Positions 11,224 to 22,890 of a stretch of DNA of 64,000 nt are shown one piece after another. The translations under genes and the position numbers were made by a program. Under the pieces are notes generated by a model that was given only the letters and a program-made list of their open reading frames with translations, did not search any database and was not told the origin of the DNA. Position 1 is the first letter of the stretch; every line of letters begins with the position of its first letter. Location of the stretch: the NCBI GenBank assembly GCA_963780185.1, contig CAWABA010000006.1, positions 576,001 through 640,000 of the forward strand, read 5' to 3'. The stretch comes from Candidatus Bathyarchaeota archaeon (GTDB lineage: Archaea > Thermoproteota > Bathyarchaeia > Bathyarchaeales > Bathycorpusculaceae).

Positions 11224-11634
11224 ATGACGTATAATTACGATGACTTGTTAAAGAAGGCTTGCTCTCAAATGCCCGAAGTCTCCGCAAAACATGAACGCTT
11301 AGAGTTGCCGAGATTAATGGTGAGCATGGTTGGCATGAGAACAATAATCTCCAACTTCAAAGAAGTCGCCGACGCCCTCGACCGCGACCCCCAACACATC
11401 CTAAAGTTCCTTACAAGAGAAATGGCGACAGCCGCCACCTTCCAAGATTCAAGGGCAATTTTCCAAGGCAAATTCCAGCGGGACAGTTTCGAACGCCTGC
11501 TGCAAAGGTACCTTGAAAGCTACGTTGTTTGCCCAGTTTGCAAACGCCCCGACACAAGGGTAGTTAAGGAAAAGCGTTTGTCTTTTCTGGTCTGCAACGC
11601 ATGCGGCGCAAAATCATCTATAAAGCAGCTCTAG
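11224..11634 (+). CDS. eif2b: Translation initiation factor aIF-2 subunit beta
   Basis: TIISNF..LDRDPQHILKFL, YVVCPVCKRPDT, CNACGA zinc ribbon. Confidence 0.95.
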   Translation: MTYNYDDLLKKACSQMPEVSAKHERLELPRLMVSMVGMRTIISNFKEVADALDRDPQHILKFLTREMATAATFQDSRAIFQGKFQRDSFERLLQRYLESYVVCPVCKRPDTRVVKEKRLSFLVCNACGAKSSIKQL

Positions 11635-11648
11635 GCGAGGGACCTTAA

Positions 11649-11945
11649 ATGGAAGTCTACGTGAACATGAAACAAGCTGGCAGAAACGTTCTCTTAGCCG
11701 TCTGCGACTGCGACTTGCTAGGCAGAACGCTTAAAGAAGGAAAAATCGTTTTCAAAATCAAAGAAGAATTCTACAACGGCAGAAAAGCAACCGTCGACGA
11801 AGCCATGAACATGATCGACAACTCAAACATAGTTAACCTCGTAGGCAAAGTCTGCGTAGAAAAAGCCATAGCGCACGGCTACGTGCACCCCGAAGCAGTC
11901 ATAGAAATCGAAGGCATACCACACGCCCAAATAATGAAGCTTTGA
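11649..11945 (+). CDS. DUF424 family protein
   Basis: LAVCDCDLLG, EFYNG, NLVG, IPHAQI. Confidence 0.88.
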   Translation: MEVYVNMKQAGRNVLLAVCDCDLLGRTLKEGKIVFKIKEEFYNGRKATVDEAMNMIDNSNIVNLVGKVCVEKAIAHGYVHPEAVIEIEGIPHAQIMKL

Positions 11946-12174
11946 TTATGCTTTTGGACAAAAAATAAGACTTTTTATAATCCTGAAATGACGGTTCAAG
12001 CATTTTAGCAATCGTTTCAGCGCTTCAACTACCCTTGGATTTTCTTCGCTTGTTCCCAATCTACTTTTTCTGTGGAGAATCGGACAACATGTCCGCTTTG
12101 GCAGAGCAGGTTTCCATGCAAGAACAACGGCACTCGCCGGGCAATCAGTTACTCAGAAAACATTTGCTGACTTT

Positions 12175-12600
12175 TTATTTAACTTGGTCTTGAAGGATTC
12201 TTGCTTCTAGACAGCCTTTGCATAGTTTGCGTTTGTATCTTGTTTTGTAGTATTCTTCGAATTCTTTGTGGCAAGAGCTGCACCTCAATTTGGGCTTTTT
12301 CACTTCGAGAAGCGTGATTCTTCTTGCTATTTCCATTTTAACTTCTTCATTATGCTCCTGCTGGAATGCTTCCTTCAACAACTTGAGGGCATACTCTGAA
12401 CTTCTATCTCCAAAAAGTTTTCCAAATGGACTCAGAGGCTTTCCTGACTCAAAAATTTCTTTCGGCAAAATGCATACGAAATTTGCTGGGTAACCTTTGA
12501 AGTTGTTCGGGTCAATAACCGCAAAACGATACTGCTTCACCCAGTTTTTCCTGCTCAAAGGTTCAAAGACCATTAACCGATAATCAAACATTGGGGACAC
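12175..12600 (-). CDS. Hypothetical protein with C-terminal CxxC..CxxC
   Basis: 141 aa ORF; CSSC-x14-CKGC. Confidence 0.65.
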   Translation of the reverse strand: MSPMFDYRLMVFEPLSRKNWVKQYRFAVIDPNNFKGYPANFVCILPKEIFESGKPLSPFGKLFGDRSSEYALKLLKEAFQQEHNEEVKMEIARRITLLEVKKPKLRCSSCHKEFEEYYKTRYKRKLCKGCLEARILQDQVK

Positions 12601-12791
12601 TTAGAAGAATCCAAGGCAATAAATCAGCTAATATTGCTTGCCAACATATAATCTATAGAGCTTTATTGATTGTTTAGGCTAATTTATTATGACAGAAAAA
12701 ACGTGTCAAAAAAGGTCGACGCAATACAGAAGGATTTACAAGACTAAACCAAAGAAGCCCGTCTTCGGGCGGAACCTTTTTTGTTGACGAA

Positions 12792-13361
12792 CTATTCAGT
12801 TAACGTTTTTTTTGCTACCTCACTAGCCCAACTTCGGATGCCGTCTAAATCTCTTAAGTCGTATACCCCAGCAGCCGATTCTTTGTAGCCCGCGCTTTCG
12901 AGTTTCGGCTTGATTGATGACAGCGTCTTCTTGAAGAAGAAGTTCATCTGGTTAAAGTCGTAGCATCCGCCGAAGAAGCCCAACGCGATCGGGTTAATTT
13001 TGAGTTCAACGGCTTTTTCTTCAAGGTATTTTCTCCTCGCATCATCCATTTCCGTCTTCTTCTTTTCGCCTTCGGAAAGCGGATTTGCGGCTCCGCAGGA
13101 GACGAAGAGGGCAACCTTCTTGTTTGCCAGTTCTTCTCGGTGTTTTTTGAGGAATTCCTCGGGTTCTTTGGTCCATTTGCCCATCTGGATGCCGCTGCCA
13201 ACGATGATGAGGTCGAATTCGCCTATGCTTTGCACTTTCTCTTTTTTGGCATCGACAACTTTCACTTCATATTCTGTCTGTCGAAGAGTGCCTGCAATAA
13301 CTTCCGACGTTTTGGCAGTTGCGCCAGTGCGGGTCCCAAAAACAATCAAAGCCTTTTTCAT
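12792..13361 (-). CDS. Flavodoxin-domain protein (HemG-like)
   Basis: IVFGTRTGAT FMN loop, DLIIVGSGI, KKVALFVS. Confidence 0.88.
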   Translation of the reverse strand: MKKALIVFGTRTGATAKTSEVIAGTLRQTEYEVKVVDAKKEKVQSIGEFDLIIVGSGIQMGKWTKEPEEFLKKHREELANKKVALFVSCGAANPLSEGEKKKTEMDDARRKYLEEKAVELKINPIALGFFGGCYDFNQMNFFFKKTLSSIKPKLESAGYKESAAGVYDLRDLDGIRSWASEVAKKTLTE

Positions 13362-13885
13362 TTGGAACCCTCAGTCTTTGTAAAAGTATAGGTGTATTCC
13401 CCTTTTTTCAGGAAGTTAAACATTTTTCCTTCAGTCACCATCGACAGAATATCAGGTTCCTTTAGGTGATGGTCGTTGAAAGACAGCAAGCCTTCATTTT
13501 TCAGGGTTCTGTAAATCTCTTTCAAAACGGCTTGTTTGTCCTCCAAGTCGTGGAAAACATCATACATCAAAACCAAATCTAAGCTTCCGTCAGGCAAGCC
13601 AGTTGCCCCCTCAGAAAGAATTGTCTCCACGTTTTTCAACCCGTTCTTGGCAACAAGGTCTTTTACCATCTTTATAGCGATTGGCATTGCGTCAAGGGCG
13701 TACACTTTGCCTGTTTCCCCGACTAAACCGGACGCAGCAACCACGTAGCCGCCTGGACCACAGCCGAAGTCGAGCACATAAAAACCCTGTTTTATCCCGA
13801 CTTCCTTCAAAATGTTAGCTCTCGGGTTACGGTAATCTCGAATCTTGAATTCTAAAGCCATCAGCCTAAACCATACACTTGACAT
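13358..13885 (-). CDS. Class I SAM-dependent methyltransferase
   Basis: VLDFGCGPG motif I, GKVYALD, DVFHD. Confidence 0.9.
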   Translation of the reverse strand: MSSVWFRLMALEFKIRDYRNPRANILKEVGIKQGFYVLDFGCGPGGYVVAASGLVGETGKVYALDAMPIAIKMVKDLVAKNGLKNVETILSEGATGLPDGSLDLVLMYDVFHDLEDKQAVLKEIYRTLKNEGLLSFNDHHLKEPDILSMVTEGKMFNFLKKGEYTYTFTKTEGSK

Positions 13886-14176
13886 TGAACTTTCGACCTC
13901 GCCTGCCCTTTCACAGGCTGGTGTTGACGTCTCGTCTAATGTGTTTGGTTCCGCTTATGAGTCTTGTTGAAAAATTGAGGGTGAGCGCGAAGGCGCAATT
14001 CTTGTTTTCAGTGCCTACTATGGCTACGGATGCGGCATGATTGGAAACCAGACCATAAAACACATCCTGCCTTTTTCATCAGGATTTTTCCTTTTTTGAA
14101 AATCAAAGCTGCCATGCAGGCGGCGGCTTGTTTAACCGTCAATCATAAATATTCAAAGCTGAGTATAGCCTGAATT

Positions 14177-14446
14177 ATGTTGAACTTTCAAGTTGAAGAC
14201 AAAGGCGGATGTGACACGGCGAAGCGGCATTCAAGTCCATTCGCGCCCATCGTCGCTTCAATCCTAGGAGCGCTCGTTTGGCTGGTTTTTATTCTGTTCT
14301 TTGCGTTGTTCTGGTCTGGGGGTTACAGCCTTTTTCAGGACTTTGTCGTCTTCATTGCCACGCTGTTGATTACCGTACTAGTGATAGGGTTGATGTGGCT
14401 TATCTGGGGTAGAAACCAATGGCACTGGTGGTCAAGCCACTACTAA
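14177..14446 (+). CDS. Small two-TM membrane protein
   Basis: Two hydrophobic helices. Confidence 0.6.
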   Translation: MLNFQVEDKGGCDTAKRHSSPFAPIVASILGALVWLVFILFFALFWSGGYSLFQDFVVFIATLLITVLVIGLMWLIWGRNQWHWWSSHY

Positions 14447-14600
14447 CGCAGCCGCCGCTTCACACCAGAAAAAAACGTTACCAAAAAATCTATAACCGAC
14501 TCCGACCTAGTTTTCGCATCCGACAAAAACGGCGGATTCTCTTCTATAGAAAATCTTTTATTATCAACCGAGCAATCGGTGAGTGGGAAGCTATTTTTTG

Positions 14601-15461
14601 CTAATAGTTTTGCTTTGATTTCGCCGATGGTGGTGTCTTTTGCTTTGTATAAACTGTGAATGCTACAAAGCAAGCAATCAACGCAACAATGGCGCCAAAT
14701 GGATATTCAGGAGCCACAAATCCCACTGGATTAACGGTTACACCGTTTGAAGCTTGAGCTTCGGACGCAGCATAATAGTAGTCGCCACCAAAAACAGCTT
14801 TAAAGTACACGGTTGAACCAGTAGGCACACTATGATAAGAAGGCTGGAAACCCAAAGCAGCTTGCCCGTTACTATAAGTATAATCACTGAAAAAATAAGT
14901 CCAGTCACCAGAGCCCACCTTATAATAGAAGTCGATGACCTCATGGTAAAGTCCATTTCCGTTACTAGTCAAAGTTGCAGTCACCGTCGTGTAGCCATCA
15001 GGAGCAATGCTGGTAGGAGAACAATCAAGCGACAAAACAGTAGGATTAATGCAGACGGTTACACCGTTTGAAGCTTGAGCTTCGGACGCAGCATAATAGT
15101 AGTCGCCACCAAAAACAGCTTTAAAGTACACGGTTGAACCAGTAGGCACACTATGATAAGAAGGCTGGAAACCCAAAGCAGCTTGCCCGTTACTATAAGT
15201 ATAATCACTGAAAAAATAAGTCCAGTCACCAGAGCCCACCTTATAATAGAAGTCGATGACCTCATGGTAAAGTCCATTTCCGTTACTAGTCAAAGTTGCA
15301 GTCACCGTCGTGTAGCCATCAGGAGCAATGCTGGTAGGAGAACAATCAAGCGACAAAACAGTAGCAGCAGATTCAGCTTTAGCCTGATTTACAAAGCTCA
15401 TAGAAACAACCATTAAACAGATCAGAGTTAAACAACAAAACGTAAAGTAACGGTTCCTCAT
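14601..15461 (-). CDS. Secreted protein with two identical Ig-like repeats and a PEF-like (PEYP) C-terminal anchor
   Basis: Signal peptide, 107-aa period repeat, VAPEYPFG-TM-basic tail. Confidence 0.8.
   Translation of the reverse strand: MRNRYFTFCCLTLICLMVVSMSFVNQAKAESAATVLSLDCSPTSIAPDGYTTVTATLTSNGNGLYHEVIDFYYKVGSGDWTYFFSDYTYSNGQAALGFQPSYHSVPTGSTVYFKAVFGGDYYYAASEAQASNGVTVCINPTVLSLDCSPTSIAPDGYTTVTATLTSNGNGLYHEVIDFYYKVGSGDWTYFFSDYTYSNGQAALGFQPSYHSVPTGSTVYFKAVFGGDYYYAASEAQASNGVTVNPVGFVAPEYPFGAIVALIACFVAFTVYTKQKTPPSAKSKQNY
14734..15364. repeat. Perfect 310-bp direct repeat (14734-15043 and 15055-15364), period 321
   Basis: No mismatch found on base-by-base reading; identical shadow ORFs 321 nt apart. 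Confidence 0.95.
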
Positions 15462-15709
15462 TTCCTCGGTCTCCTTTTTCCTTTCTAACTTGGCATTATC
15501 TTCATAGCATTTGCTTAAAAGACTTGTCCAAGAAAAAAAGCATCTAGAGATTTCTCACATTCAAAACAGCCAAATAAATCCTGTAAATGCGGAAAATGGT
15601 GGTTTGAGAGTTGAAAAAAGCTCGGGTGCAGCGATTTTGCAGTGAGTACAGAGTCAAAAATGCTGGATTCACACTGAAAACACCTGAATCAGGGCTTCAA
15701 GTGCACCTT

Positions 15710-15965
15710 CTAAATCTTAGATAGAAGAGCATCAAATTCGTCTTCTAAATAGCGTTTAAACCCTTTTTCTATCAACTTTGATATGTTTGAGCGTGCTATC
15801 CTGAAAATAACCAAGCCGTCTTCAATACTCTTTTTTGCTGAAGTGTCTGCTTGTCCGCAGAAAGACTTTGTTGTTATGTACACTCCACAGCAGTTCTCAA
15901 AAACACTTTTGGAACGAAGCATAGACACGAAGTGTTCCATGTTTTCTGAACTAACAACTTCCTTC
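15710..15965 (-). pseudogene. C-terminal remnant of an Mrr-like restriction endonuclease domain
   Basis: VSSENMEHFVSML..CGVYITTKSF..A..VIFRI resembles the Mrr catalytic C-half; no own start. Confidence 0.45.
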
Positions 15966-16178
15966 GTTGGCAAGCATAGCTTTGCGGGGAAGAAGGTGGC
16001 GTTGTTCTTCACGCTGGACAATAATCCGCGTGGCGCCGTTGAGAAAACAAAGAAGCTGATGTCTGGCGCGTACTTTGTCGGCGAACTCGTGCTTGTGAAG
16101 CCAACCCAAGACAAGGAAGCGGCGAAGAAGAAAATCGGTGAATGGTGCGGCACGCTTAAGGCGAAACTCCAGATTTAA
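15960..16178 (+). pseudogene. C-terminal remnant of a flavodoxin
   Basis: SFVGKHSFAGKKVALFFT..KIGEW; FMN-binding N-terminus absent. Confidence 0.55.
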
Positions 16179-16219
16179 CCCTCTTAGGACATTTTGTGAG
16201 GGACCTTACAGGCGGTTAA

Positions 16220-16475
16220 GCCTACAAACTTTTGGAATATTCCAAAAACCCAAACGGAAGCCACCATTTCCGCGCCACCTGCAATTCAAGCCCACAACAG
16301 AATCTAAGCCTAAACCTAAAAACCAACCTGAAACAAGCACTTCCAAAAACAACCTACCGACGGGAGGGGGTCTAGTATTTACATCAAAATTCCATTGTAA
16401 AAATGGGTTAATCCCAAGCCGACCCCACGAGGTACCCCACTATTTGTAACCAAAAACCAACACAAGAACTAGCCA
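16220..16475 (+). repeat. Dispersed non-coding repeat, copy A
   Basis: Collinear with the reverse complement of 33605-33863 (GGAATATTCCAAAAAC; CTACCGA..GGGGTCTAGTATTTACATCAAAA; GGTACCC; CCAAAAACCAAC; AACTAGCCA). Confidence 0.85.
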
Positions 16476-16567
16476 CCTTCCCAGAAATTGCCGCTCCACC
16501 CATTTCCTTGAAACCAAAACTCTTAGAAAACTGTTATAGCCTAGTTCGCTCAAGCCAATGTGACTGA

Positions 16568-17248
16568 GTGATGTGTTTGGCTAAAGCTTTGATTGCTGGC
16601 GTTGACGAGGCGGGGCGCGGATGCGTTATCGGACCGTTAGTTGTTGCCGGCGTCATGGTGAAAGCAGAGGTTTTGCCGATTCTCACCGAGCTAGGCGTCA
16701 AAGACTCCAAACTGCTTACGCCCCAGAAACGGGAGCTGCTGTACCCCGCAATTCTGCAGCTAGCCGAAAAATACCACACGATAAAGGTGCCGCCAAGCCA
16801 GATTGACACAGTTGTAGAGAGCACCCGACGCCTGCATAAACTAAACCGCCTGGAGGCTCAGACAATGGCGCAGATTATTGATGAGTTAAAACCTGAGGAA
16901 GCGTACGTTGACGCGGCCGACACGGTTGAGCACCGATTCGGGAACCACATACGGGAATGCCTCAAAGTTAAAACCCGAATCATTTCACGGCATAAAGCTG
17001 ACAGGATTTACCCTGTGGTTTCAGCCGCATCCATCATTGCGAAGGTTGAGCGGGACAGAGAAGTTGCAGCATTGAGGGCACAGTGGGGCGACTTCGGCAG
17101 CGGATACTTAACCGACGACAAAACCATGACTTTTCTGCGCCAACTGCTGGAAAAAAACGATGAATACCCGAGCTTCGTCAGGAAATCATGGAAACCCGCG
17201 AAAAGAGCAAAAAGCGAAAGAGGCACAACCCAAAGTACGCTGGCTTAA
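16568..17248 (+). CDS. rnhB: Ribonuclease HII
   Basis: GVDEAGRG, DSKLL, YVDA, HKAD, VSAASIIAKV, FGSGY. Confidence 0.96.
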   Translation: MMCLAKALIAGVDEAGRGCVIGPLVVAGVMVKAEVLPILTELGVKDSKLLTPQKRELLYPAILQLAEKYHTIKVPPSQIDTVVESTRRLHKLNRLEAQTMAQIIDELKPEEAYVDAADTVEHRFGNHIRECLKVKTRIISRHKADRIYPVVSAASIIAKVERDREVAALRAQWGDFGSGYLTDDKTMTFLRQLLEKNDEYPSFVRKSWKPAKRAKSERGTTQSTLA

Positions 17249-17384
17249 CAGTCTTTAGCATAAACATGTCACGTTTGTAGTCAAATAGCTAGGTGAAACG
17301 TCTACAAAAAAACATTAGTTATATAAATGTCGAGTCCCATCCTTTAATCTGGGAGAGAAGCGAGTTTTAGACGGCGGTTGCCTA

Positions 17385-19067
17385 ATGAGCGAAAAAGACG
17401 TTACAAGGTTCCTCCAAATTCTGGGTCTCTCAAAACGGGAAATTCAGGTCTACATGTTCTTAGCTAAAAGCGGCGTCCAATCAACAAGCTTCGTTGCCAA
17501 AAGACTTAAGATGGAACGTGTCCAAGCCTACCGCACGTTCAAGAAGCTGCAGGAGAAAGGCTTCATCGAAGCCACGTTGGAGCGACCTACCAGATTCACC
17601 ATCGTTGCGTTTGAAGCCCTTGTGGACTCGTTCATCACGACTAAAAAGAACGAAGTCACCAACCTGACAGACCAAAAACAAACCCTGCTAACGGCTTGGC
17701 AGTCAATCAGCGCGCCTGAATCAGAGTACCCTGTGGCTAAATTCTCAATCATTACAGGCAAGAAAAAGATTCATTCAAAAATGCTTTCCATGATTGAAGA
17801 ATCAAATCATGAAGTCATAATCTTAACAACTTCCTTGGGATTGATTCAGGAAGATATAGCAGGAGTCTTCGACTCAGCCATCAGCGCATCACAAGACCGC
17901 AACATACAGCTACAGATTATAACCGACATCTCTCAGGAAAACTACAAAACGGTCGAGAGAATGGACCGCACCATAGCAGAAGAAAAATTATCCATGAAGC
18001 TTCGCCACGTCGGAATGACCTCCAAGTTCTTCCCAAGATTCCTCATAAAAGACGAGGAAGAAGCCATGCTGTACGCGCCCTTCGGCAACGAAGCATCCGT
18101 CCTGAATTTGGAAGATGAGGGCTTATGGATTAACGACAAGATGTTCATCTCTGTTTTGAAGGCTTTCTTTGTTCAGATGTGGCAGTCAGGCGTTGAAGCG
18201 TCAAGACGGATCGATGAGTTGAAAAGCGGAATCCCCATAGGCGAAACGTTGGTCATCAAGGACGCTGACGAAGCATGGAGCAAAGTCACGAAGGTGCTTG
18301 ATGGCGCCAAAAAAGACGTTGTGGTGATTACTTCATCGCAAAGCATCAACCGCCTCGCAGAAGAAGACCCCCTTATGGAGTACTTCAAAAAAGGCTTAAA
18401 AATCCGAGTTATGGCCTCCATCGACCTCGACAACCTGGAACCCGCACAGAAACTTGCAACACGCTACGAAATCAAACATGTTCCAATCAGCTACCTCACG
18501 ATGATGCTTGTCGACAACAAGCACCTGTTCATGTTTAAGATGCCGCCTCTTAGCGACTTCGGCTCAGAAGCCGCATTCTACTTAACAGACACATTTTACT
18601 CAACAGACCCCAGCCAAATCGAAAGAGTAAGCGAAATGCTCAACGACATCTGGAAACGAGGCATAGAAATCCAAGAAGTCAGCAGCCAAGCCGGCACCAA
18701 ACTCCCCGCGGTCACGGTTTCAACAAACGAGACTATAGCGATGATTGTTGACAAAATGATTAGAAACGGCGTCACCTCGGTTTTAATTACTGAGCAGCAA
18801 AAACCAGTCGGTGTACTCAACGACCGCGACCTCCTCAAAGACATCGTTGAAAAACGGAAGAACCCTGAGAAGGCTTTAGCGAAAGACCTCAGCTACACGC
18901 CCCTGATAAACCTGCAGGAAAACGAAACAATGATTACCGCCATGAAGCAGATGGGAGAAAAAGGCATCAAGAGAGCCGCACTGGTCAAGAACGGACAACT
19001 CATCGGCATGCTGGTTGAGCCAGTGGCTAAAAAAGCCGCGATTGAAGTTAAAGCCGCTGCTCAATAG
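17385..19067 (+). CDS. TrmB-family regulator with two effector-like domains and C-terminal CBS pair
   Basis: LGLSKREIQVY..LQEKGFIE..PTRF wHTH; repeated FLIKDEEEA / MMLVDNKHL segments; PVGVLNDRDLL CBS. Confidence 0.85.
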   Translation: MSEKDVTRFLQILGLSKREIQVYMFLAKSGVQSTSFVAKRLKMERVQAYRTFKKLQEKGFIEATLERPTRFTIVAFEALVDSFITTKKNEVTNLTDQKQTLLTAWQSISAPESEYPVAKFSIITGKKKIHSKMLSMIEESNHEVIILTTSLGLIQEDIAGVFDSAISASQDRNIQLQIITDISQENYKTVERMDRTIAEEKLSMKLRHVGMTSKFFPRFLIKDEEEAMLYAPFGNEASVLNLEDEGLWINDKMFISVLKAFFVQMWQSGVEASRRIDELKSGIPIGETLVIKDADEAWSKVTKVLDGAKKDVVVITSSQSINRLAEEDPLMEYFKKGLKIRVMASIDLDNLEPAQKLATRYEIKHVPISYLTMMLVDNKHLFMFKMPPLSDFGSEAAFYLTDTFYSTDPSQIERVSEMLNDIWKRGIEIQEVSSQAGTKLPAVTVSTNETIAMIVDKMIRNGVTSVLITEQQKPVGVLNDRDLLKDIVEKRKNPEKALAKDLSYTPLINLQENETMITAMKQMGEKGIKRAALVKNGQLIGMLVEPVAKKAAIEVKAAAQ

Positions 19068-19119
19068 GATAGCTTGTTCCTCATTTTCTTAAGCCCGAAT
19101 AAACGGCAAATGATATTAG

Positions 19120-19836
<717 letters not shown>

Positions 19837-19844
19837 ACATGTGA

Positions 19845-20732
19845 TTGGCTTTGAAGGTTGAACCCGAATGTGAATCTTGCCTGCTTTCGCGGGCACAAAC
19901 CGAAACTTACCAAGCGACAACAAACCCTGCCCTACGTTTCCGATGTCTCGCGGAAGTTGTTCGTCTTCTGAATCGGGAATTCAAATCTTCTTCTGTAGCC
20001 GCGGACTTAGGAACGAAGCGGGACCGCTTAATCAAGGAGTTAACAGGCAACAACGACCCTTACAGCAGAACCAAGAAAGCCGCTAACGAAAAAGCGCTAA
20101 AGCTTCTGCCGCATGCGAAAAAACTTGTTGAAGCAGGGTACAGTCAGCAGGAACGGTTCAAGAAGGCTTGCCTGTGCGCCATCGTGGGGAACATCATGGA
20201 GTTTGACATTCCAGGTCACAAGTTTACGCTTGACAGTTTAGCCGCGTGCATTCGGGAAGCAAGCAAAGACCTCTTCATCGACGACATCGACAGAGCGTAT
20301 GAGTTAGCGAAAAACGCTGACAGCGTGCTTTATTTGGCGGATAATGCTGGAGAAATCGTTTTTGACAAGCTGCTGGTTGAGCAGCTCAAGAACATGGGCT
20401 TGAAAGTAACTTACGTAGTTAAAGGGGGCTCCGTTATCAACGACGCCACCATGGAAGACGTAGTTTTGACAGGCATGGATGCTTTAGCCGACGACGTGTT
20501 GACCACGGGCACCGACGCGGTTGGCTTGCTTAAAAAAGAAGTTTCTCCTGAATTCCTCAAGGTTTACGACGCGGCAGAATTGGTTTTCGCCAAAGGCATG
20601 GGGTACGCTGAAACCCTCACGGAATACAAGCTAACCAAGCCGCATCTGCTGCTTTTCAGAACAAAATGTGTTCCCGTAGCAAACTATTTCTGCGCTCCAC
20701 GCGACAAGAACATCGCCAAGCTGATGCCGTAA
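19845..20732 (+). CDS. DUF89/ARMT1-like damage-control phosphatase
   Basis: ECESC, DPY..K, GNIMEF, LADNAGE, INDAT, KGMGYAE. Confidence 0.9.
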   Translation: MALKVEPECESCLLSRAQTETYQATTNPALRFRCLAEVVRLLNREFKSSSVAADLGTKRDRLIKELTGNNDPYSRTKKAANEKALKLLPHAKKLVEAGYSQQERFKKACLCAIVGNIMEFDIPGHKFTLDSLAACIREASKDLFIDDIDRAYELAKNADSVLYLADNAGEIVFDKLLVEQLKNMGLKVTYVVKGGSVINDATMEDVVLTGMDALADDVLTTGTDAVGLLKKEVSPEFLKVYDAAELVFAKGMGYAETLTEYKLTKPHLLLFRTKCVPVANYFCAPRDKNIAKLMP

Positions 20733-20733
20733 A

Positions 20734-22798
20734 ATGAAGCTGCCCACTATCGCATTCAACCAAAACGAGCTTTCCCGCTTCGGCGAGGCTATCGGCAAAG
20801 AGTGGCTTATAACGAACGGGTTAGGCGGCTACGCGTCAGGCACGGTTTTAGGCGTTAACTCGAGAAAATATCATGGGCTTTTGGTTGCCGCGTTGAATCC
20901 GCCTGGCGAACGCACAGTTTGCCTCTCAAAACTTGATGAAGACATCTCCGTGGGCAGCGACGTTTACAGACTTGGCGCTAACGAGTTTGCAGGCACGATT
21001 TATCCGCATGGCTACGATTTTCTGACTGGTTTTTCATCTTCACCGTTTCCCCAGGTGGACCTACCGCGTTGGCGCTGTTGAGCTTAGCAAAACAGTGTTT
21101 ATGCCTAAAGGCAAGAACGCTGTCTCAACAATCTACAAGGTCACAAACCGCGGCGCAGCAAAAGCTAAACTTGCCATCTACCCCATGTTAACGTGCCGAC
21201 ACTTCCACACCGTTGTAAACCGAAAGGAAAAGCCGCTGGAGTTCACCCAGAAAAGCAGCCTGCAAGAGATAGAAATCGCCTTCCGGAATCCTGCCGCAAC
21301 AATCGTCTGCAGAGTGACGGACGGCGAGTTTCATGAGAAAACCAACTGGGTGGATGGCTTACTGTACCGTGCGGAGGCGGCAAGAGGCGAAGCCAGCCGT
21401 GACGACTGGCTCCAGCCAGGCTATTTCGAGCTGCATCTTGATGCTGAAGAAGAAAAACTGTTTGCAGTCAGCGCCGCCGCAGATGTTGACGGTCATGCTG
21501 CGTGGGAAGCTTTGGATTCGCTGGGCAAAACAACTAACGAAGTCAATGACTTGTTCAATGGGGAACAGTCAAGGCAGAGAAATTTGCTTTACGGTTTTTA
21601 CGGTTTGCATCCTGAGGCTCCAATGACCGATTGGCTGAGCTGGATTCTTTTAGCCGCCGACTCTTTCGTAGTTGCCGACGCTGCGGGCAAAAAAGCAGTT
21701 ATCGCGGGATACCATTGGTTTGAGCCGTGGGGAAGGGACACGTTTGTTTCGTTGCCGGGCTTGTTGCTGGTTACAGGCAGGTTTAACGCGGCAAGAGATA
21801 TTCTGCAAGCCTTCAATCGGTACTGCAAAAACGGGCTAATCCCAAACTACATCGCCGACAAATCAGGCGAACCCGCCTACAACACCGTCGACGGCACCCT
21901 CTGGTACATCAACGCAGTCCTCCAATACCTCAAATACACAGGCGACTACCCCTTCGTAGAAGCTCAGCTCTGGAGCAACCTGCAAGCAATAATCAGCAGC
22001 CACGAGAAAGGCACGGACTTCGGCATAGGTGTGGACAGCGACGGCTTGTTGAGGCACGGGGCGAGGCTGACGTGGATGGATGCGGAAGTCAACGGGGAAC
22101 CCGTAACGCCAAGAGCGGGCAAAGCCGTGGAAATCCAAGCTTTATGGTATAACGCGTTGCTGGCTATGCGGCTGTTGGCGGGCAAGTTCGGCGAGAAAGC
22201 TTTGGCGGAGAGGTATGCTGCGATGGCGAATAGGGCACGCGTGAGTTTCAATGAGAAGTTTTGGAACCCAACTTTAGATTCTCTCTTCGACGTTTTGGAG
22301 TCTGGTGGACCTGACGCGTCGCTTCGTCCTAACCAGGTTCTGGCTGTTTCGCTTGAGTACCCGATTCTTGACCCTGCCAGATGGCAAAGGGTTGTCGATG
22401 TTGTAGACCGCGAGTTCGTGACGCCTTATGGTCTGCGGACGCTGTCGATGACTGACCCAAGGTTCAATGGGAAATATGTCGGCGACCGAACCAGCAGAGA
22501 CCGCGCATACCACAACGGAACAATCTGGCCGTGGCTGTTAGGACCCTACATTTCAGCTTACCTCAAAACCCAAAACCACAACCAACAGGCACGCGAACAT
22601 GTCCTGCAAAAGCTCGTCGAACCCTTCTTTAACGTTGGGATTAGGCAGGCTGGGCTGGGGTCGATAAGTGAAATCTGTGATGCCGATGCGCCGAATCTGC
22701 CGAGGGGCTGCATTGCGCAGGCGTGGAGCGTTGCTGAGCCGCTTAGAGTCTACGTTGAAGACGTGCTGCTGGTTAAACCGCGTTTTGAGCCAGTTTAG
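20734..22798 (+). CDS. Glycogen debranching enzyme / amylo-alpha-1,6-glucosidase, frameshift in C-run near 21050
   Basis: EWLITNGLGGYAS, RKYHGLL, IAGYHWFEPWGRDT, TWMDA, GKAVEIQALWYN, YHNGTIWPW, QAWSVAE. Confidence 0.92.
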
Positions 22799-22799
22799 C

Positions 22800-22890
22800 T
22801 TGGTTTTGCTTTGTTTTTTGTCGCGAAATTTGGTTACGAATAGTAGCCTACCTTTAGGGTTGTCGTGCTCTGTCTGGCTTGTGTTTTAGG
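22800..22890 (-). repeat. Degenerate unit of the dispersed repeat, copy D
   Basis: Reverse complement AAAACACAAGCC..GGTAGGCTACTATTCGTAACCAAA resembles CTATTTGTAACCAAAAA of copy A. Confidence 0.45.

Noticed and set aside
12030-12160. Possible small Zn-ribbon remnant on the minus strand (DCP..LCQSGH)
   Set aside because: Short and needs a frameshift; insufficient support.
16138-16449. ORFs over the repeat copies (16138-16449, 33709-34005, 33413-33700, 23225-23632)
   Set aside because: Starts, stops and frames are not conserved between copies; they are by-products of the repeat or antisense shadows.
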